Below, piece by piece: positions 35,608 through 44,710 of a stretch of DNA of 64,000 bases; the stretch's first letter is position 1, and the number at the start of each line of letters is the position of its first letter. Below the pieces are notes generated by a model. It had not been told where the DNA came from. It did no database searches and saw only the letters and a list, made by a program, of their open reading frames with translations. The DNA is from Schizochytrium sp. TIO01 (taxonomy: Eukaryota > Protista > Bigyra: Labyrinthulomycetes), in assembly GCA_004764695.1 (NCBI GenBank), contig SMSO01000007.1:248001-312000 (forward strand), in the 5' to 3' direction. The position numbers and the translations under genes are program-made.

Positions 35608-38211
35608 ATGGCTCTGCGCCCTGAGAAGCCGTCGAATCTCGTACGGAGACCTTCAACGAGGTCTATTGTTGGTGCTTTTGAGAGAGTGTTGACTGTTTCT
35701 CGGAATTTGCAAGAGAAAACTGGTGAATTGGCTTCGAAATTGAAGGTTCTTGAGGCCCGTGTGCACGAAATTCGACCTTCCATTAATCCTTCCTTGGCCC
35801 TGGCCATTGATGCTGCAGTGAGAGGAGACGAAAAAGCACAGAAGATTGTACGAGAGAGTGAATCCAAAGTTCCTCTGTGTCAGAAAAGGGCGGTCGCGGC
35901 GTACACAGCCGCAAGCCACTCTCTCTTTCGTGTCCTTGCAGACACTGCAGCACTAGAGGAAACAAAGACAGAGTGTGCACTCTTAGTCTCTCAGGCACTC
36001 TCCCTTTTCCAAGTTGTTGAAGGTAAGCAAAACCCGAACACGATTGATAGGCCGTCCATTAGTGAAATCGTTAAGAGTGTGAAAGGGCTTGAAACGAGGC
36101 AAGAAGAAGAAGAAGAAGAAGAAGAAGAAGAAGAAAAGGAGAAAGCAATGCCCTTTCCTCGTCTATCAAGAAAGAAAGCCAAGCACGGCTTGTCTGCGCC
36201 CCTTCACGCGAAAGGGAAGTCCAACGGAAATCGAGGTGTTAGACCCCCGGGAGACGAGGAGGAAGACACAGGTGGACTCGAGACAATCCTTGGAGCAATG
36301 GCGACAAGCAACCGAGACAACGCGGGGGGCAGTGGTGCGCGTTTCGATATTGTCCGCTTTGAGAGACGTCTAGAGGTGCAACAGGCTAGACTTGAGAAAC
36401 TTGAAGAAAAATTGGAAAAGCTGCGAGACAACGGCAAGATTCCTGATGACGTTTTTCCGATCATTGAGGATGTTGTTCAAGAACGCACAGAGTTCGAGGA
36501 CGCAATAAAAGAGGTGGCAAATTTGGATTTAGAGGGTCGTTGGAAACATGACACTTCAAGAGCTCTGCGCATAGCATCTGATATGAAGGAAGCCCGATTA
36601 GAAATCAAGGAGACAAAAGGGAAGATTAGAGAATTTGAGTCTGGAGGCGGTGAAGAAGGAGAAAGCATTTCGCGCTTCTCCGGATCAGTTTGGGAATCCC
36701 TTGGGTGCGTTTTACCTGAAATTACTCACGATCCTTCTTTAGCCGTATCAAACACGAATATCTCAAATACGGATAACTATCCTTTTGCCCCGAAGACTGT
36801 CCAGGGGATTGACTGGGAGAATTTCATGGCATACTGTGCAGATAAAGGATATTTGGAAAAACTTCAGCAAGAATCAACTAATGAAAGTGTTGGTGATTTA
36901 CTTGAGAGGTCAATGCGCTCTCTTTATATAAAGTCTGAGAGTTCCGTTGGACTTTGTTTTTCACAAGTTTTCCAAGCAGTCATCTCTGCTCTAGACTTCA
37001 TTACGGAAAACCTCCGCTACACGTCTGACAAGTCCTCGACGGGTGGTCTTCGACCAGATTTTATTATTGGTCTCGTCGAAAATGGGGTTACAGTACCTAT
37101 AAATCCCTTGCTTGTGGGTGAACTGAAGAGTTACAGTTCAGATCATGAACCATTTTATTTCCGTTGGTGTGACTGGCATGGACATGCCCCTGAACAATGC
37201 CCTGATTCTGCTCGTTCTGAGAGGCACGCGAGTGTGTCCCCAATTAGACAGTTGTATAACTACATGGTCGACTCTGGCAAGTTTGTTGGTGTTTACTCCC
37301 ACTATGGCTGTACTGCGGCATTCTTCCGTGACTGTAAAGGCACTCTTGTTACAACGCCGATGCTCACACGCGACTCTGGTCCAATAAGCGTGCCACAGTT
37401 GCTCGCCTTGGTTATCATGATTGCCATATCTGAGGAGGTGCCGGAATTTTACAACGGTGGAACGCCCATTTTGGTGCCATGCGAAGGCAAAAGAAGTTGC
37501 AAAAAGACCAATCGTAAACATACCAGTCTACCTGATGACTGTAAGTGGTTAAAGAGCGATCTCAAGAGTAGCGCTAAACCTAGAACAGGAGCCACTGCAA
37601 TGAGAAGGGCGGCGAACAAGTCCCTTTACAAAAAGCATGACACTCCCATCACCTGGGGTGATCTCTACAACTGCAAGTACATTTCTGACTGCTACACAGG
37701 TAACGCAGTTGAGTGTGAGATCATGGGCGAGCGAGCAGTGGTTAAATACAACGATTTCGGCGATCACGAAGATGCTGATGAGCGTCTTGACCAGATTGAT
37801 TTTGAAGCTGAAGTCTACGCAAACTTGTCTGACTTGCAGGGGGATTGTATTCCCAAATACCTGGGCCATGGCTCCATTACCGATACTGATGGATCCCAGT
37901 ATGGTTTTGCTACCTCTTATGCAGGTGAGTCACTCTCGTATGAATCTCTTGATTCTCTCACTGAAGAGTTCAAGACAAGCGTCAAGGATGCCCTAGACAA
38001 GATACACGCGCGTGGTGTTTTGCATGGCGACCTGAGACTTCCGAACATCCTGAAGTCGAAGGACGATCCCGAGAAGGCAGTTTTTATCGACTTCAGTCAT
38101 TCAGGGATCTATGACGAACCTGATGATCAGTTCTTTCAAGGCTGCGCAAGGCTTGAGAAGGAGAACCTCGTCAAGCTCTTGAAAGGCGAAAAAATCAAAC
38201 AAGTTTTTTGA
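35608..38211 (+). CDS. Spok-like / Crinkler-type REase-kinase protein (helical N-terminus, coiled coil, PD-(D/E)xK nuclease, Cys/His cluster, APH/RIO-like kinase)
   Basis: 867 aa, intronless; RPDF...VGELK...QLYNYM..G nuclease motifs; kinase AVVK, EAEVYANLSDLQGDCIPKYLG, LDKIHARGVLHGDLRLPNIL, FIDFS. Confidence 0.85.
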   Translation: MALRPEKPSNLVRRPSTRSIVGAFERVLTVSRNLQEKTGELASKLKVLEARVHEIRPSINPSLALAIDAAVRGDEKAQKIVRESESKVPLCQKRAVAAYTAASHSLFRVLADTAALEETKTECALLVSQALSLFQVVEGKQNPNTIDRPSISEIVKSVKGLETRQEEEEEEEEEEEKEKAMPFPRLSRKKAKHGLSAPLHAKGKSNGNRGVRPPGDEEEDTGGLETILGAMATSNRDNAGGSGARFDIVRFERRLEVQQARLEKLEEKLEKLRDNGKIPDDVFPIIEDVVQERTEFEDAIKEVANLDLEGRWKHDTSRALRIASDMKEARLEIKETKGKIREFESGGGEEGESISRFSGSVWESLGCVLPEITHDPSLAVSNTNISNTDNYPFAPKTVQGIDWENFMAYCADKGYLEKLQQESTNESVGDLLERSMRSLYIKSESSVGLCFSQVFQAVISALDFITENLRYTSDKSSTGGLRPDFIIGLVENGVTVPINPLLVGELKSYSSDHEPFYFRWCDWHGHAPEQCPDSARSERHASVSPIRQLYNYMVDSGKFVGVYSHYGCTAAFFRDCKGTLVTTPMLTRDSGPISVPQLLALVIMIAISEEVPEFYNGGTPILVPCEGKRSCKKTNRKHTSLPDDCKWLKSDLKSSAKPRTGATAMRRAANKSLYKKHDTPITWGDLYNCKYISDCYTGNAVECEIMGERAVVKYNDFGDHEDADERLDQIDFEAEVYANLSDLQGDCIPKYLGHGSITDTDGSQYGFATSYAGESLSYESLDSLTEEFKTSVKDALDKIHARGVLHGDLRLPNILKSKDDPEKAVFIDFSHSGIYDEPDDQFFQGCARLEKENLVKLLKGEKIKQVF

Positions 38212-38289
38212 ACACTCACAAGTTAATAACCCCTAACTCATGAAAAGAAGAAGAAGAAGAAATAATCAATGTTTGTTTTGTTTCCAATC

Positions 38290-38309
38290 CATTTTATTAT
38301 AATAAAATG
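38290..38309. terminator. Perfect 20-bp palindrome carrying AATAAA on both strands (bidirectional poly(A) signal)
   Basis: cattttattataataaaatg equals its own reverse complement and lies in the 106-bp gap between convergent stop codons. Confidence 0.65.
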
Positions 38310-38317
38310 CTACTTAG

Positions 38318-38433
38318 TTAGGTTACGGAGAGGATCTCTCGCAAGTGATTTTCCACTGCAGAACTTGTGTACTCACTGAACCGCCGCTTGTCTTTGGATT
38401 GATGGCAAGTTTCGAACAATGCCAACGGATCCA

Positions 38434-38471
<38 letters not shown>

Positions 38472-39073
38472 ACTTTAGTCGCTTCGGCGTAGTCTTGGGA
38501 GGGTCCAAGCAATGGAATTGGGCCCGGGACAAAGGAGTTAAGTAGCCACGAAAAGAGCACACGAGCGGTCCTTCCATTGCCAAATGCAAAGGGTTTGAAA
38601 AACAGGAACTTTGCTGTGAATTCTGTCGCAACGTGCAAAGCATCTTGCAATGCGGCGGCTTCTATATCTTTTACATCTTGCTTTCCTGTGATCGAGAAAG
38701 GTGTGGTTTGGTATTTTATAATGAGATTCCTCAGTGCACGATCAAGAAGCCCAGGGGTTGGATGAACAAGAGGAATTCTCGTCAAATCACAGGTAATTTG
38801 GTGACGCCTGAATGAGAATGCGGATGCACTTCGCAATTTGCTGCTGCTGTGGGGCTGGCCGAGGATGATTGCGTTAAGTTTGCAGAGAAACGAAAAGGAA
38901 AGGCCGCCATCATAATGCATTGCGAACTTGTAAGCTTCAACGAGGTTGGTTCTGTTTTTTTCTTCGGTTTCCAGGGCTACTCGCTGTAAAAACCAAGTTA
39001 TCAAGGGGCCGTTTTGCAGTTCGCAGCGACTCCTTGCTTCTCGCGCTAGTTCACTCAAGTCAAGGCCGGTCAT
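38318..39073 (-). CDS. Fic/Fido-domain protein with non-canonical active site (KPFAFGNGRTAR)
   Basis: 251 aa; LCKLNAIILG helix, flap region, Fic signature xPFxxGNGRTAR; internal (GCA)n poly-Ala. Confidence 0.85.
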
Positions 39074-39231
39074 TTTTCTGTTGTTGTTTTGTTTTGTTTT
39101 TGTCGATTTTGCTTGGTTGATGAAAGAAGTGCAGAGAAAATTAAATTTGTTCGTTCTTCTTCTTGATTTGACTATTTTCTAATGAATAAAAGCGCGTTGG
39201 TTTTTTTGTTGCTTCCTTGTTATTTATTAAA

Positions 39232-40060
39232 TTAAACCCAAGGTTCCATTCGTTCTCTGGAGAGCCGCACGTCAAAAATGACACCATCGTTCGCACCGGT
39301 AATCAAGGTGCTAGAGAGTGTGACATCAAAGAGATAATTGCCGTAACAAATGTCCTGCTTTTGGATGTCTCCTAGACAGTCAATGTCTAGCTCAGGGAGG
39401 CAAATTTCGCCTAGAAAGCCGCGCAGCCGGGCTGGTGCAATGTAAACCCTATCCCCGTCTTCTTCAATTAAGGCTAGATCAGACTCTTCGAGAGGGAGCA
39501 CCTCGTGCGCAGCAGGGGAAACGCACATGGCCACTTTGGCATTATCATACTTGTACGCAAATAGAACGACCGTCTCACTAAGCAACTCAAGAGAGTATTC
39601 AATGTTGTCCTGATGAAATCCAACAGAAATGAGCGGTGAGAAGGGCCGGGGAGATCTTAGGAGATCACTTAAGCGGTCTTGTTTCAATGCTCACCCTTCC
39701 CTGAGAGAAAGGCGAGTTGCTGCCTGTATACAGCATCTTGCGAATGGTCTTTTCATCGAGAAAACTCGGGTAAGCCGCAATCGTGACCTGCACATCATCG
39801 GAATATTCAATCATTTTCAGATCCCCAATGAGTTTTTCTAAAAAACTCTCGTCATTCAGTCTTATCCAGATCTTTTTGAGTTCAGGGAGTTCGTAGACCT
39901 CCTGGAAAAATCCTTTGATACCCTCATCATACCAAAGTTCACCTGAGTAAAGGCTGTTCCTGCAGATCAGCATCTCTTTACATTCCCTCATTCTCGTCAC
40001 GTTCTGCTGGAAAAGTGCTTCGGGATAATCACCGCACTTGTTGAACTTGGGTCGCTCTGC
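39232..40060 (-). CDS. Spliced orphan protein (ORFs 39665-40000 and 39232-39687 joined by an 85-nt intron); 5' end uncertain
   Basis: GT-AG intron 39694..39610 (AGG/gtgagc...ctcac...catcag/GAC) joins ...SQGR to DNIEY... in phase 0; the upstream frame stays open to a possible acceptor at 40061; AATAAA just after the stop. Confidence 0.6.
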
Positions 40061-40625
40061 CTAGCGATACGCGAGCACGTGCTAAATATGCTTATTTGAT
40101 AGTTTAGGGTGCATACCTTGCCCCTCTCTTTGTGTTTTTCCTCCTCCCTTCACCCTTCTTAGATTTTGTTCCACAGCTTGCAATCACGTCATACAGAACA
40201 CCTCGCAGGCCTACAGCCTTGTAACGAGTGTTGAATTCGAGTGATGCTGCAGAAGCAAAGGAGGCTGCGAACTCAAGCATTTTGTGCTCATTCTTGGTCT
40301 TGGATTTACGAAAAGAATAAAATATGTCTTCTAATGCATCTTGTCAGCGAGAAGCTGTAAAGTAGGGAATAATAGTAGGATAGATGATGATTTCTTCCTC
40401 GCAGCTCAGGCTAGACCTCTTTTGATTGTCTGACTGCTGCATCACATTTATTTCAGCTCAAGCAGGGAAACTACAAATCAGTCGTCAGCAAATAATCTGG
40501 CTCATCTATAAAGTATATGCTAAGCCTGAGATCTGAAAGCTAGCATGCTTTTACCACCCTATCGATACGATTAAGCGGAAGCAAGCAAGCAGTGATTCTG
40601 ACAACTGGAGAAAAGTAAGTCGGCT

Positions 40626-42659
40626 TTAAAGCTCATCTTGAGTCTCAACACGATCATAGACCACACTGCCGGCTTCTCGTGAGCGCTTCATCATCAAGCA
40701 AGCGCCACAGCCAACCAATACGCTCAGGGCAACCACAACATAAGAATACCTTGGGTCAATGGTGTCCTGATCAGCTTCAGCTTCCTCCTTGTCAAAATCT
40801 GAGCGCAGGTTCTGAGGTGCTGCAGTTGGCGATGCAACTGGCGATGCAACTGGCGATGCAACTGGCGATGCAACTGGCGATGCGACCGGGGGTGCAGTTG
40901 TGGGTGCAGTTGTGGGTGCAGTTGGAGATGCAGTTGGGTATGCGGTTGGCATCAAAGTTGGCTTTGGAGTTACAACAGTGCAAAACGGCTGAGTTTGAGG
41001 TTTACGAGGGAAGAAAATAACATCCGAGGTCCAGTTTGTCCTACCTTTAATGACGTGGCCTGATATCTCAGCATACCACTCTGGGTTCGTGCGGGCATTC
41101 ACAACGTGCGATTGCGGGTGTACCGCAGGAAAGGCCTCTTGTGGGATAGAATACCAATTCTGGTCTACTTTGGCCACAGCAACGACTTGCTGCAGTGTCG
41201 CATTGACTGGAAGTGCAGGCAACACCTGCTTAAATGCAGGGATAAATGGCCAAAGCTCACGATCGTTAATATCATCCTGTGCATCGAGCTTAATATCCTT
41301 GCCAGAAGTGCCCTCGGAGTTTCCGTTGTTTTGGTCGCCCCACAGACCACCACTATTCCAACGCGTCTTTCCAGATAGAACAGGGGTCCGAAGAGTGGTG
41401 AGTCCCCCACCTTGAATCATGAAGGTGTACTCCAAGAAAGTTTCATCCACAAACATCGCGCCACCAACCTCCCAGGTGAATTCTGACTTCGATGCATCTT
41501 CTTGTGAGTCTGGCACGCTAACCCACTGGATATACGGCTGCACTAGGTCCGTCATAAGCAGCGCCAGCCTCAGGTTGCGTGGTGTATGTCCATCTCCGCT
41601 TCCCTCTGGTCTAAGCATCTGCGCCGTTGAGCCTAGAGTTTCTTCCACCGGAGTTTTGTCATCTGCAGTCTCAATGAGAATATTAAATGACCGCAACATA
41701 TACTTGCTATAGATCGTCTTTTCCATATTATACCCCTGAAACCTTTTGGGCTTACACACCTTACCCGTCGGGTCCCACGAAGCTGCGTAAGCCCAGTCTT
41801 CCATTCCGCCTCGGACCGGATATACAAGGTCATTTAAACGATCATGCGGATATAGACCTGCGCCTTTATGCATGTCCCCAGCATAGGCGCTCATAGAAGA
41901 CCCCAGCATGAGTTGTGCAATGTCATCGGGGCTCACAGGTTTTGTACGCCTAGAAAGCGATCCCCACTCGAAAGCGATGGCCTGCATTCCGCCATGGTAA
42001 GTTAGAGCTAGCTGGAAAAGATGCTCTCGAAATAATTCGTTCACAGCACGTGCGGTAATTGACTCCATACAGGTATGCGGCCTATCAATGGGAAAATCTC
42101 TGTTGGGGTCTACCGTATTCTCTGTGCGGGTGTTACGGTAGTATCCAAGGGCATTTGTGGTTGGCATAATAAAAATAGAGCGCGTGTTAACAAGCCTGCG
42201 GATCCAGGCATTCGAACAGCTTGTGTAAGACTCAAGCAAGAGCCTGGCAAACTCCATCATTGTCGTGGGACCAACACGCTCGTTTCCGTGGAGTGCGCCG
42301 CTGAAGAAAACCTCAGGACGCTCAGGATCTGGCAAAGTCGCCTCGTTAGTGATACGCAAGATGTAATGTTTGCAAGGACCACGAGTTCCGCAAGACCCGG
42401 CAGAAGGAAGACCGTAGCGTGCCTGTGCGTCGTAAACCTCGACGAGACCGGGATACGTTCTCTCAAGACGTTCGAGCTCGGCTTTGATGGCCCAATAGTC
42501 GAGGTATTTCACGGGCCTTGCTGAAGAGCTTGGGCTTGATAACTTCTTTCCCACCATCTCCATGAACTCGGGATGGTCCGGATGAATCCCCTGTGCGGCC
42601 ACAGAGGCACACAGAGTGGCCACCGCCGCCAGGGCGGTCCAGATGCCTCCGAACTTCAT
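40626..42659 (-). CDS. Zinc carboxypeptidase, peptidase M14 family, type I membrane protein
   Basis: Signal peptide MKFGGIWTALAAVATLCASVAA; zinc ligands HGNE and YHGG, DPNRDF, ILIE; PT/PVAS mucin-like repeat stalk; C-terminal TM YVVVALSVLVGCGACL. Confidence 0.93.
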   Translation of the reverse strand: MKFGGIWTALAAVATLCASVAAQGIHPDHPEFMEMVGKKLSSPSSSARPVKYLDYWAIKAELERLERTYPGLVEVYDAQARYGLPSAGSCGTRGPCKHYILRITNEATLPDPERPEVFFSGALHGNERVGPTTMMEFARLLLESYTSCSNAWIRRLVNTRSIFIMPTTNALGYYRNTRTENTVDPNRDFPIDRPHTCMESITARAVNELFREHLFQLALTYHGGMQAIAFEWGSLSRRTKPVSPDDIAQLMLGSSMSAYAGDMHKGAGLYPHDRLNDLVYPVRGGMEDWAYAASWDPTGKVCKPKRFQGYNMEKTIYSKYMLRSFNILIETADDKTPVEETLGSTAQMLRPEGSGDGHTPRNLRLALLMTDLVQPYIQWVSVPDSQEDASKSEFTWEVGGAMFVDETFLEYTFMIQGGGLTTLRTPVLSGKTRWNSGGLWGDQNNGNSEGTSGKDIKLDAQDDINDRELWPFIPAFKQVLPALPVNATLQQVVAVAKVDQNWYSIPQEAFPAVHPQSHVVNARTNPEWYAEISGHVIKGRTNWTSDVIFFPRKPQTQPFCTVVTPKPTLMPTAYPTASPTAPTTAPTTAPPVASPVASPVASPVASPVASPTAAPQNLRSDFDKEEAEADQDTIDPRYSYVVVALSVLVGCGACLMMKRSREAGSVVYDRVETQDEL

Positions 42660-44710
42660 GGCTTCGACAACAGACAACTGCGAGGCCCACCGAGGTATTG
42701 CCTTTGGGCTCTGCCTACCAAAGCGACGTGGCCAAAAACAAAGAAATCGTAACAACGAATTTTAATCGAAGTAACATACAAAGTAGTCCTAACACCTATT
42801 ATACGCTATCTAGGAATAACTATCCAAAAAATGAATTAGGCCTTTTACCGATAGATGACTCGGTACTTACATGAGAAGCTTCTTAAGACAGCCATTCTCA
42901 GAGGGTACGCGCAAAGCTTCGACTTTATTCATAAATGCTCGAAGATTATTTTAAACACAGCTGTGTAATTGCAATGTGGTTGACTCAAAGCAGCTTGGCT
43001 TGCTTGTACTGTTTACGCAGTATTGCTCGTCGCTGTGATAGGATTCAACTAGATTAGTTTTTATTAGTAGTAAACATGCATCGAAAAAATTAGGTACTCT
43101 TGATATACATACGTACGATTTGTGGCGGGTGTGGCTGATATAGATGCACACTCTGTAGCGTGAAAGCTTGGTTCGGGCGTTGAAGTTTGTGTTTCTAGCA
43201 GGTCATCTTCATTGCTAGTCTATGTTTTTCAAGGAAGAACTGCGGTATTAATGAATGACGATATAGCAAGGCAGTTTCAATTAAAAGTATGAACCGAGCA
43301 GTGGAAAAAGAAGCAAAGGCGAACGCAATGACAACGTGATAGTTGTATTGCCTTACAACAAAAGCAAAGATACTTATCAAAAGCAAGTATTCTGGGTTGG
43401 CTTTGGTTGACATAAAGCTCTTACCATAATAGTCCTTGGCATTCACATGTTCACTATTCAGTCAATTTCTTGTTTATGCAAAATATGGCAACCACAAGAG
43501 AAGAGTCAGCAATTATGGTAGGGACCACAAGAAGTGCGCGAAGTGGTTACATAGGGAAATAGTTTGCGAGTTATGTATGTGTGTAATATATAGACTCGCA
43601 GCAAATTTATGTACGATAAGTATGTATGCCGAGAAATCAATGATGGCATTATAGCTGAGGGTAAAAAAGACTAAATCCAGTAAGCTCCTAATCATGAATT
43701 ACATTCAAGGTACCAAATAGATAGGCAGATTGTGTAGCTTTAAATTGCTTGCAAAAATTGAATCTATAGAAGGAAAAACTATTCACAAAATACAGAAGCA
43801 GTGCTAAAAGGAGCAGCATCATGCAAATTTTGCGACGAATACATAAGAGATGAAGAAGTCCCGCTTGAAAGCATCATTGTCAGTTTCTTCAATTCCCCAA
43901 TGACGGATGGTCTTTATAAATGGGTAATAGCACCTACTACTAGGTTCCGTTCCAATTCGTTCTGTTCTCTCTCTCTCTCTTCGCTTTTGCAGACCGGAAC
44001 AGAACAGCTTCCTCAATACAGAAGTTGAATGGACTTGGACGGTGTAGGTGCTGTGGCAGCATTCTTATTCACGGACGGGAATGAGGAAGTTGTGGTAGGG
44101 TTCACGGGCGTTGAGACGTGCGGCATCGGTAGAAATGGTGTCCTCATAAATCTCAATATCTTTGTGAAAAGAAACTAACAGAACGGAGGTGGTGACTTCA
44201 GATCGCAAGTTACGACCCGACTCAACGGCTAGATCTTCGTAAATTCTGCTCCACCAAACAAAAAAGCATGACAGAACCCTCGAGTTGCCTACTAAAAATA
44301 AAGGATGCAGGAATTAGAAGCTTAGAACTACTTACCGTGAATGACTGAATTTGCTCTTCGGTACTAACCTCTTTTCCGAACGTATTGATAGGCCATCCGA
44401 ATAAAAGTGAAGCGTTCATGTAAGAACTGAGCTGCTATATTAGGAAGAAGTTGTGTGGTTCTAAATATTGCAATTCTAGTACAAAGAGCAACATTGCCAG
44501 CAATATATATGAAATAAGGATTTGGCACGCAAGGCATTTTTCATAGCTTAGGTAGAGAAACAAAACTTGACAGAACATCGGGTGCAGCTAGCTAGTGCAG
44601 CTGCAACGACAACCAAAGTTGAGGCCAGAAGGAGGCCAGCCAGCATTGCAGGGGCAAGAGTCATTTAACCCAAAGGCATGAGCTAGCTGGCGGAACCTGT
44701 CTTTCGATTC

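Noticed and set aside
34980-40170. Terminal inverted repeats or Helitron ends around the island
   Set aside because: The purine-rich left and pyrimidine-rich right segments do not align as true TIRs; no TSD, transposase, integrase or Rep-helicase seen, so no mobile_element feature was called
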